Below the pieces are notes generated by a model that worked only from the letters and a program-made list of their open reading frames with translations, was not told the DNA's origin and did no database searches. Both the position numbers and the translations under genes were made by a program. Shown here piece after piece: positions 8,147-15,137 of a DNA stretch of 64,000 bases. This DNA is from a virus (lineage: Duplodnaviria > Caudoviricetes), in IMG/VR virus record IMGVR_UViG_3300033513_000003, positions 7,533 through 71,532 of that record. One strand, given 5' to 3'. How positions within the stretch are numbered: the first letter of the stretch is position 1; every line of letters starts with the position of its first letter.

Positions 8147-8378
8147 GAACACTTAGCCGGCGCGTAATTTAAAGAGCCTCGCCCGAGAAAGACGGTCTAC
8201 GAGGTGGATAAAATGAACGCCTGTTCGAAGTATGCGGAGCATAGGGCAGTAGGGAACTCGGTGTGATGGCCGAGGGAACGAAATCCGGGAACATCGCCCC
8301 GGTTAGATCTGGAATCCGAACGCATACGGAAGATAGGACGAGTGGTGGTTCGAGCCCATCCGCCCCGGCTAAGTGCTC
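8147..8378 (+). ncRNA. Large tRNA-like RNA with expanded variable region
   Basis: Basal inverted repeat GAACACTTAGCCGG/CCGGCTAAGTGCTC; T-arm GGTGG-TTCGAGC-CCATC; internal helices CCTCG/CGAGG, GTATGCG/CGCATAC, CTCGG/CCGAG, CCGGG/CCCGG. Confidence 0.6.
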
Positions 8379-8444
8379 TGTTGACCTTTTGGTCATTTAG
8401 GGTATAATGATCTCCATCAACTGACAACACAAAGAGAGATCAAA

Positions 8445-8879
8445 ATGACCTTTGCAATCGGCACCGTACTCGAAGTTAAGACACGCGATCATGGCACCAA
8501 GAACTTCGTCGTTGAAGGCTTCCGCGAAGACATGTACATGCGTATGCGCTGCCAAAGCGATAGCAAGATGACGATGACACTGCATCCTGAGCATGTGGCA
8601 CGCATCAAAGCAAACGGCGGCGAAGATGGCATCAAGGTGCTGAACTGTCAGAACCTGCAAGACGTTGTCGTAAGGGCAACCAACGTGATAGTGCCAGTTG
8701 CTCCTGTGGAAGTCGTTAAAACGGCTTCCGCGAAGTCTGAAGGCCCTTCTAAGAAGGAACGTGCAGCAGCGATTCGTGCTACAAATCCGACCGCAACACG
8801 CAAAGAACTGATCGCGATGTTCATGGAACAACTCAACATGACACATGCGGGAGCCAGCACATATTCCTCGTATCGGTAA
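8445..8879 (+). CDS. Early protein with putative C-terminal DNA-binding helical domain
   Basis: SKKERA...RKELIAMFMEQLNMTHAGASTY motif. Confidence 0.7.
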   Translation: MTFAIGTVLEVKTRDHGTKNFVVEGFREDMYMRMRCQSDSKMTMTLHPEHVARIKANGGEDGIKVLNCQNLQDVVVRATNVIVPVAPVEVVKTASAKSEGPSKKERAAAIRATNPTATRKELIAMFMEQLNMTHAGASTYSSYR

Positions 8880-8901
8880 TTGTTGAAGCGCCTGCGTCTG
8901 T

Positions 8902-8933
8902 CATAAATACCTCTGTACACCAACGGAGGTATT
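8902..8933 (+). promoter_or_regulatory. T4-like late promoter overlapping an RBS-sequestering hairpin
   Basis: CATAAATA; AATACCTCT (8906-8914) pairs with GGAGGTATT (8925-8933). Confidence 0.75.
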
Positions 8934-9743
8934 ATGGCAACCAAAATTTGTAAAGACTGTCACAAAGAGAAACCAAGCGAACAATTCTACACGAATCCGA
9001 AAGGATATCAACGGAAGACTTGTAACAGCTGCATCACGGAATGGAATCGTATGTCCCAGCCGCTACGTGAGTCAGCCAAGGCAATGAGGGCGGCAGCTAA
9101 TCGTACACACAAGACGTGTCCGAAGTGCAAGGAGGAGTTGCCTGTTGAATCATTCTCCATTAGCAAGCATAATGCCGATGGCAGGAATGCTTACTGTAGG
9201 GCGTGCGATAGCGTACTGTCTAAAGCAAGCAAGGCTAAGGGCAAGCTCTCTGTCGATCAGCAACCAATAGAGAAGACGTGCGCTAAATGCAAGCAGACAT
9301 TCCCCATAGCTGCATTCGGCTCTAACACCAGTAACAAGGACGGATACAACTGCTACTGCAAAGAATGCAATAGGAGCTTTTGGCATAATGCAGATGATGA
9401 CAAGCGTAAGCGGTTCTTGTTAACTCGCATCAAGTCGAAATGCAAGAAGTACAATCTGCCATTCGATCTAACGCTCGACGACATCGTGATCCCTGAGGTA
9501 TGTCCAGTGCTAGGTATTCCGCTCAAATTCGGCGTCAAGCGCCAGGATATGTATAGGCAGAAGTATGACGACACAACACTCGATAGTCCATCAGTCGGCA
9601 GGATAATACCAGAACTCGGATATGTCAAGGGAAATATCGTCATCGTGTCGTTCCGTGCTAACAACATCAAGAACAATGCCACAATAGATGAGCTAGACAA
9701 GATCGCTACCTTCTATAAAAGGTTGACCTCGCCAGCAGAATAA
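8934..9743 (+). CDS. HNH homing endonuclease-like protein with three CxxC zinc modules
   Basis: Repeated K.C..C...K....F...CR.C modules and C-terminal CPVLGIPL...SPSVGRI...GYVKGN. Confidence 0.8.
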   Translation: MATKICKDCHKEKPSEQFYTNPKGYQRKTCNSCITEWNRMSQPLRESAKAMRAAANRTHKTCPKCKEELPVESFSISKHNADGRNAYCRACDSVLSKASKAKGKLSVDQQPIEKTCAKCKQTFPIAAFGSNTSNKDGYNCYCKECNRSFWHNADDDKRKRFLLTRIKSKCKKYNLPFDLTLDDIVIPEVCPVLGIPLKFGVKRQDMYRQKYDDTTLDSPSVGRIIPELGYVKGNIVIVSFRANNIKNNATIDELDKIATFYKRLTSPAE

Positions 9744-9779
9744 GAGACAATGGTCACCTCAACTGACGAAAGGTACATC

Positions 9780-10007
9780 ATGGCAACTCGCATTCACGTT
9801 TCCGACATCAGAATAGCATTTGACCGAGTCACTGGCAGGGTGGTACACAGCTGCAATGCCACGTTCACACCCGAAGTGGGACCAATTCACACTCGGTACG
9901 ATTGCACACTGCACTATATCGTGTCTCTGACGCACGGGCAAAATGCCTGTGTCATCAGCAATGCCGAAGAAGTGCTGTGTCACGTTATTGAAAATCTTAT
10001 GTGTTGA
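9780..10007 (+). CDS. Hypothetical early protein
   Basis: After repeat 9722; stop inside the next -35 box. Confidence 0.7.
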   Translation: MATRIHVSDIRIAFDRVTGRVVHSCNATFTPEVGPIHTRYDCTLHYIVSLTHGQNACVISNAEEVLCHVIENLMC

Positions 10008-10061
10008 CCTTTTGGTCACTTGGGGTATAATGATCTCCATCAACTGACGAGAGAGAACGAT

Positions 10062-10289
10062 ATGGACGAAGCCACCATCAAGTACTTCGAAGACGACAAG
10101 AACGTCTACAAAGAACTGGGCGAGGCCCGCCAGGCCTTCAAGAAGGGCACCACCTTCGAGCAATACGACAACCTGATCAAGGGCCTCACCATCATGAGCC
10201 TCTACTGCTCCGAGGGCGTACTGCACATGGTGCACGCCACGATCGACGAAGCAATGACCCGGCAGGCGTACGCCATCACCATGCGTTGA
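10062..10289 (+). CDS. Hypothetical early protein
   Basis: After repeat 10003; stop inside the next -35 box. Confidence 0.7.
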   Translation: MDEATIKYFEDDKNVYKELGEARQAFKKGTTFEQYDNLIKGLTIMSLYCSEGVLHMVHATIDEAMTRQAYAITMR

Positions 10290-10345
10290 CCTTTTGGTCA
10301 GTTAGGGTATAATGTACTCCATCAACTGACGAGAGACAACGACAA

Positions 10346-10573
10346 ATGACCAAAGCCGAACTGTTCGAGATGCTGTCCCATCTGCCCGACGATGCTGAGA
10401 TCCGTATGCAGCAGCCTGCACACGACTACTGGCGCTCGCAGCTTGCCGTTGACTTCAGCGGCGTAGACGAGGTTAAAATCGACTATAGCCAGTATCACAA
10501 CAACGACAAGATCATCGAAGAAGGCAAAGAAGAAGACGACATCCCCCTGCAAACTGTGTACGTGCTCTGTTGA
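10346..10573 (+). CDS. Small acidic hypothetical protein
   Basis: After repeat 10285; MTKAELFEMLSHLPDDAEI. Confidence 0.7.
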   Translation: MTKAELFEMLSHLPDDAEIRMQQPAHDYWRSQLAVDFSGVDEVKIDYSQYHNNDKIIEEGKEEDDIPLQTVYVLC

Positions 10574-10634
10574 CCAAGTGACCAAAATAGGGTACAATGC
10601 TTCTCATCAACTGACAACACAAAGAGAGAACAAT

Positions 10635-10829
10635 ATGACAATCGCCGATGATGCTCAACGCCTGAAAGACCTGCGCAAAGAGATCAACAAGGACGGGCGT
10701 ACACATGCCAGTCAATGTTCCGACGCCGATCGCGCCGCTATGCAGCGGATACTCGATGTCCATATCGCTCGAGGCACTGCGACACCGAAGATGCTTCGTG
10801 CTGCAAAGGCACATGGCTTGAAGTGTTGA
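10635..10829 (+). CDS. Hypothetical early protein
   Basis: After repeat 10569. Confidence 0.7.
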   Translation: MTIADDAQRLKDLRKEINKDGRTHASQCSDADRAAMQRILDVHIARGTATPKMLRAAKAHGLKC

Positions 10830-10882
10830 TCTTTCCCTCGAAAGAGGGGAGAATGGTCACATCAATTAACGAGCGAGACAAC

Positions 10883-11248
10883 ATGATTGCAACGTTGGCA
10901 TACAAAGAAGCTGAGGCGGTCGACAAGGCCCTGAAAGCAATCTTCAAGCACGTGTACGTTGTGTACTACGAGATCATCGGCGATCGCTGCAACGGCTCCT
11001 GGCTCGTCAAGGCAAAGAACAAGACTCAGGCGCGGAAGCTGATCCGTGCTCAGTACGACGACTACGTCGTCCGCGAAGTGCAGCCTTTCGTTGAGTACTG
11101 CGAAGACATGGGCGTGCAGGCCTTCGAAGCGTTCACTGAGAGCATCAAGGAAGCCCTCGAAGAAGACAACTGGCTGCGCAAAGAGTACGTGATCATGCCG
11201 AACATGGTCGACTTCGACTTCGTGCACCAACTCGAGTGTGGCACTTGA
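10883..11248 (+). CDS. Hypothetical early protein
   Basis: After repeat 10825. Confidence 0.7.
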   Translation: MIATLAYKEAEAVDKALKAIFKHVYVVYYEIIGDRCNGSWLVKAKNKTQARKLIRAQYDDYVVREVQPFVEYCEDMGVQAFEAFTESIKEALEEDNWLRKEYVIMPNMVDFDFVHQLECGT

Positions 11249-11300
11249 CTTTTTGGTCACTTGGGGTATAATGTACTCCATCAACTGACGAGAGATCAAC

Positions 11301-11594
11301 ATGGACATTCAAATTGGTATCATCCCTGGCGGGCGCGCAGGTAGCATGTACAAGCGCCGTGACAACATCACGATCGTTGACGGTGCCTCAACTGACGACG
11401 TCGTCGACTTGATGAGCGACGCCATGTGCCTTTGCAACGATGAGGACGACGTCGCTCGCATCCTCGACGACGTGAAGGCGGGTGAAGTTGTTGTTGAGTG
11501 GGATTCCTTTGGTGAAGGCGTAGTCGTATACGCACCCGTTGGCACCCGCGATGATACGATGGAACTCAAAGCATATCGCATGTACAACGAATAA
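11301..11594 (+). CDS. Small acidic hypothetical protein
   Basis: After repeat 11244. Confidence 0.7.
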   Translation: MDIQIGIIPGGRAGSMYKRRDNITIVDGASTDDVVDLMSDAMCLCNDEDDVARILDDVKAGEVVVEWDSFGEGVVVYAPVGTRDDTMELKAYRMYNE

Positions 11595-11632
11595 GAAGTT
11601 GACATTAACCCAAACTCAGGTATAATTGCAAC

Positions 11633-11746
11633 ATGTTTCCAAAATACAAAGAATACAGCTGGTACGATCGCGTCACCAGACACCTGCAAGCAATCCAACA
11701 CCAAGAGTGGCTGGCTTCGCTCCGTCGTAAGGCAGGTGGACGCTGA
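11633..11746 (+). CDS. Probable leaderless 37-aa protein
   Basis: ATG 6 nt after TATAAT (11621-11626), no RBS; MFPKYKEYSWYDRV...; TGATG coupling to the next ORF. Confidence 0.55.
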   Translation: MFPKYKEYSWYDRVTRHLQAIQHQEWLASLRRKAGGR

Positions 11747-11988
11747 TGGCTATCGTACGTATCACCGACCTCCATGCTCAGGCACCGAACGGCAACAGCC
11801 ATGCTCCGATGCGCAACAAGGGTGGGCTGATCTGGGGCACGATGAAGTCGACCGAGAACGACGACATCAACATCTACGGCACGCTCGACTACTGCATCGA
11901 CTATGCAACGAAGCACGACCTCGAGATCATCAACGCTCAAGAAGTACTCTGGTGGCTGCATCGCAACGTTGACTTTGTCTCGAATTAA
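11746..11988 (+). CDS. Hypothetical early protein
   Basis: Translationally coupled to 11633-11746. Confidence 0.65.
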   Translation: MAIVRITDLHAQAPNGNSHAPMRNKGGLIWGTMKSTENDDINIYGTLDYCIDYATKHDLEIINAQEVLWWLHRNVDFVSN

Positions 11989-12671
11989 GGCTGAGACTCA
12001 CCAACTGATTCAATAGCCAATTGCTTCAAGCGGTGCTTCTCCTTCATGACTGCACGCTGTTTAGCCTTCTGTTCTTCAGATTTAGGTTTACCTTTTAGTG
12101 GTGACGGTCCACGTTTCTTTGCTGCTTCCGATATCTTATGACGTGTCTCTTCGGAGTGGTGCTTACCATACATTGGATTCTTCTCTCCCTGCAAAGCTAG
12201 AGACTTTGCTTGCTTTGTTTCCTCTGACACTAGGTAAACGCGGCTACGTCGGGTTGCCGATATCTTAGCCTTCTGCTCTTCAGTCATGGGGATACCTTTC
12301 TTGGTACTTGGCCTGCCCTTCCTTGCAACAGACATCTTTTGCCTAGTCTCTTCATTGATATAGAAGTTGCGCCCTCCGTTTGACTTATTAAGCCATCTCG
12401 AATCAGCCGCAGCGTTAAGACGACGTAGTACCTTATTCTCCCACTGCAATGCTTGCTCCTTTGTACTAAAGGTACGTCGTACCGTGGCTTCAAAGGCATC
12501 TGCACCATGCTTCTCAACCAACGCTCGAACCGTATTGGATGAAGTGAAGTATGTTACCCAAAGTTCAGATGGATTAGCAACTTTATGTCTGTTGTGCCCG
12601 AAGCTGACTCCATAGTATAATTGTCCGGTAAGTTTAAATTTGATAACATATGTGTAAGGGATATATTCCAT
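11985..12671 (-). CDS. GIY-YIG-type homing endonuclease with NUMOD3 repeats
   Basis: YTYVIK...LYYGVS...WLNKSNGG and HSEETRHKISEA repeats; CATAAATACCTCT...GGAGG leader. Confidence 0.8.
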   Translation of the reverse strand: MEYIPYTYVIKFKLTGQLYYGVSFGHNRHKVANPSELWVTYFTSSNTVRALVEKHGADAFEATVRRTFSTKEQALQWENKVLRRLNAAADSRWLNKSNGGRNFYINEETRQKMSVARKGRPSTKKGIPMTEEQKAKISATRRSRVYLVSEETKQAKSLALQGEKNPMYGKHHSEETRHKISEAAKKRGPSPLKGKPKSEEQKAKQRAVMKEKHRLKQLAIESVGESQP

Positions 12672-12703
12672 TTGCACTCCTCCATAAACGTATAGAGGTA
12701 TTT

Positions 12704-12829
12704 ATGAAAAAGTATCAACGTGCATACACCTTAGTCGATCTGCAGATCGCGATCTTCTTCCTGGTCGTGGTCGTTGGCGGCGGTGGCGTTGTGTACGTCG
12801 CCTGGCACTTCATCTCGAAATTCTGGTAA
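12704..12829 (+). CDS. 41-aa type IV prepilin-like membrane peptide
   Basis: GAGG RBS; MKKYQRA|YTLVDLQIAIFFLVVVVGGGG resembles the class III signal G|FTLxE plus hydrophobic helix. Confidence 0.6.
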   Translation: MKKYQRAYTLVDLQIAIFFLVVVVGGGGVVYVAWHFISKFW

Positions 12830-13170
12830 TGAGAACAGATTCCGGTATCAAGATGGGCAAGGCCATCATGGCAGTTGGCCTTATCATCATGGTCGTCGGC
12901 ACTCTGCTCGGCGCCTACTACGCCGACAAAACCAATGCTGAACACAACAAGCCTGTCGAGCAGCCCCTCGCCATCACGCTCACTGACCTCCGTGAAGCCG
13001 ATGCCATGTGTCAGAAGCTGGGGCAACATGCTGCAGGCACGAAGACTGAAGTCGTCTGCGATCTCCATGCACCTGACGGTACCTGCGCCCTCTACGCCAA
13101 GAAGACAACGACACACTGCGGCAAAGCGCACGATATCACCATCTCCTTCATAACGAGGACACTCGACTAA
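12829..13170 (+). CDS. Membrane-anchored Cys-containing protein
   Basis: TAATG coupling; N-terminal TM segment and four Cys. Confidence 0.65.
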   Translation: MRTDSGIKMGKAIMAVGLIIMVVGTLLGAYYADKTNAEHNKPVEQPLAITLTDLREADAMCQKLGQHAAGTKTEVVCDLHAPDGTCALYAKKTTTHCGKAHDITISFITRTLD

Positions 13171-13224
13171 TTCCTGGCATTAGGGTACAATGCTTCTCAT
13201 CAGTTAACAACAGAGAGGTGAAGC

Positions 13225-13311
13225 ATGGAAGTTCTTGGCGCAAACGTAGTAGCAGTGGTTGATGTTGCAGTCACGCTGATCGCAGTCATGTTTGGTGCCT
13301 TCACAGCATGA
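13225..13311 (+). CDS. 28-aa hydrophobic peptide
   Basis: After repeat 13162 with GAGAGG RBS; MEVLGANVVAVVDVAVTLIAVMFGAFTA. Confidence 0.5.
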   Translation: MEVLGANVVAVVDVAVTLIAVMFGAFTA

Positions 13312-13381
13312 ACGGCAACCTTGCCTGATGTCAATTTGATGTCCCCTCTCATAAATACCTCTGACCATCAAGGAGGTAGTT

Positions 13382-13822
13382 ATGAAGGAATGTTCAAAGT
13401 GCAAGGAAACAAAACCAACGTCTGAGTTCCACAAGGACGCTAGGCATCCAACTGGGTATAAGTGCTGGTGCAAGGCTTGCGCCAAAGCCAAGAGGAACCC
13501 AGAACAGCTAAGGCTGTCGAGCTCCAAGTGGTATGCTAACCACACCGACACCTTTAGAAGTAGAGCAAGGCAGCGTAGGTATGGTATCACACCTGACCAA
13601 TACAATCAACTGTTGACAGAACAGCAACACTGTTGTGCTATCTGCCAGCAACCATTCACGGAACATAAGCGGGCTGTCCTTACACCATGTGTAGATCATT
13701 GCCATGCATCTGGAGCAGTGAGAGGCATACTGTGTAGCGGATGCAATAGGATGCTAGGGCTAGCTAAGGACAACAGAGACATATTGCTCAAGGCAGTTGA
13801 CTATTTAGATAAGGTAGGGTAA
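13382..13822 (+). CDS. Endonuclease VII-like homing endonuclease
   Basis: CAICQ...CVDHCHASGAVRGILCSGCNRMLG motif; N-terminal zinc module; late promoter/hairpin leader at 13350-13381. Confidence 0.85.
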   Translation: MKECSKCKETKPTSEFHKDARHPTGYKCWCKACAKAKRNPEQLRLSSSKWYANHTDTFRSRARQRRYGITPDQYNQLLTEQQHCCAICQQPFTEHKRAVLTPCVDHCHASGAVRGILCSGCNRMLGLAKDNRDILLKAVDYLDKVG

Positions 13823-13829
13823 GATGTAG

Positions 13830-14130
13830 TTACTGTCGCGTTGCGTAGGGAGCCATAGGCTCTGACGGTCGCGGCGAGTGAGGAGGGCGCGGACACCATC
13901 TACATGGTCTACCATAGCCCTCCGGTGTGAGGCGGGCGGGTGAGGCCCGCCAGCACCTTTTCTAAACATGTCACTCCAAGTATAGGCTATAGAAAAAAGT
14001 TTCGAAGTTGTGTGCGGCGTACGTCGCATGGCGCCAAATAATTTACAGTTTCTTCTCCAACATTCCTACACTTTCTAAACGCAATTGTCTAATACCTGTT
14101 TTCAAAAAAATTTTCAAAAATTTTTTCTGG
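13830..14130. other. Structured GC-rich stretch plus A/T tracts at the end of the repeat array
   Basis: Hairpins GAGCC/GGCTC, GGAGGGC/GCCCTCC, GGCGGG/CCCGCC; then TTTTCAAAAAAATTTTCAAAAATTTTTT; composition changes here. Confidence 0.55.
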
Positions 14131-14146
14131 TCAAAATACAATTCGC

Positions 14147-14175
14147 TTGACAATATTTCCCCACCGTACTATACT
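14147..14175 (+). promoter_or_regulatory. Sigma70-type promoter
   Basis: TTGACA-N17-TATACT, then AGGAGG RBS. Confidence 0.75.
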
Positions 14176-14190
14176 GTGCAAGGAGGCTAC

Positions 14191-14574
14191 ATGAACATAC
14201 GTCACGACATTGCAAAAGAATTAGTTGAAGCCGAAACGGCAAAGCAAATTGCTTTCTTTGAACAGGAGAGGGTTCGTCTTAAAGAACAGAATCAAGAAAC
14301 ACGCAAGAGGTATAGTGAGGCGGTGGCTAATGGAACGGCCAGTCAATGGACTATGGCGCCAAGAGGGCCTGAGTACATTGATCCAATGATTGATAAGTGG
14401 ATTGCGCACGAACGTGACGTCTATTCAAAGGTCCGAGTCATTGAACTGCCGAAGACTGGCAAGCGCTTTGTTCTAGCGTATGGTGATGGTAGCGACGCCG
14501 AAGTTATTAGCGGCACAGGTCCATTCGAGACATATAAAGAGGCCGCAGAGTGGTTTCTTAAATCGGGAAGATAA
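14191..14574 (+). CDS. Hypothetical protein
   Basis: AGGAGG RBS before ATG 14191. Confidence 0.75.
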   Translation: MNIRHDIAKELVEAETAKQIAFFEQERVRLKEQNQETRKRYSEAVANGTASQWTMAPRGPEYIDPMIDKWIAHERDVYSKVRVIELPKTGKRFVLAYGDGSDAEVISGTGPFETYKEAAEWFLKSGR

Positions 14575-14586
14575 TAGGAGAATGAT

Positions 14587-14874
14587 ATGACGTTTTATGT
14601 TTCTGACACAACCCCCGACACGTGGTTTAAGATGAAATTTACCAATGATCGACTTGCTGCGGTTGACATGTATCTTACGGATAATGCAATTGTCAATGTT
14701 AAGGTAAGTGGAGCAGTTACGTATGGTGTAATGGAGAGTTTATATGGTCCTTCACCATCGACTATTTCATTCGAGTCGAAGGTTGAATACGATGCGTTTG
14801 TAGAATGGTTCAATACTACGCAGCACGAAGTACTTGCTGATAGCATCTACGTGGCGAAAGGTAGCGATGAGTGA
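14587..14874 (+). CDS. Hypothetical protein
   Basis: AGGAG RBS; operon continuity. Confidence 0.7.
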   Translation: MTFYVSDTTPDTWFKMKFTNDRLAAVDMYLTDNAIVNVKVSGAVTYGVMESLYGPSPSTISFESKVEYDAFVEWFNTTQHEVLADSIYVAKGSDE

Positions 14875-15127
14875 AGAGATTGTAAAATTGACAAGTGATG
14901 CAGAGATTGATGAGGCCTACATTGCAAAGTATCACGAAACTACTATGCTTACGTTTTCGTCAGAACCTATTGTGGTTGAACTGAAGAATAAGTTTTTCTC
15001 TGAGAGCAAAAAAGCAATTCTTGTTGCAAGACGGAACCGTAATAGTGATGGTATCACGACAGAGCACGTTACATGGTATACGGTAGAAGAGTTTGATACC
15101 AAGTTTACGTTTATAGATTACGTATAA
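14867..15127 (+). CDS. Hypothetical protein
   Basis: Overlapping start/stop in operon. Confidence 0.65.
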   Translation: MSEEIVKLTSDAEIDEAYIAKYHETTMLTFSSEPIVVELKNKFFSESKKAILVARRNRNSDGITTEHVTWYTVEEFDTKFTFIDYV

Positions 15128-15137
15128 GGTAAAGATA

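Larger units (their letters stand above)
920..13830 (+). repeat. Array of ~28 early promoter/stem-loop repeat units (PeSL-like)
   Basis: GTTGAC or a variant at 920,1434,1776,2347,2815,3682,4142,4256,4647,5051,5320,5705,6141,6514,6882,7732,7999,8380,9722,10003,10285,10569,10825,11244,11598,11968(degenerate),13162(variant),13796. Most are followed by a TATAAT/TACAAT/TAAAGT/GAGAAT box and often ATCAACTGAC plus a GAGAG/AAGG RBS. Confidence 0.9.

Noticed and set aside
8032-8378. Canonical tRNAs, tmRNA or intron-containing tRNA
   Set aside because: No 7-nt anticodon loops, no CCA, no tag reading frame and no group I P7 motif seen
957-13131. Many antisense ORFs in the track (for example 957-1346, 4588-5184, 6842-7321, 9759-10235)
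   Set aside because: Shadows of GC-rich + strand genes with no RBS or promoter; recurring TKKST/VTKKS text is just the reverse complement of the repeat
920-13830. CRISPR array
   Set aside because: Repeats are degenerate, separated by 100-1800 bp of coding DNA rather than constant short spacers, and there are no cas genes
920-13830. Integron attC cassette array
   Set aside because: No integron integrase in the window, no RYYYAAC/GTTRRRY ends, and each unit carries a promoter, unlike typical cassettes; only the analogy is kept
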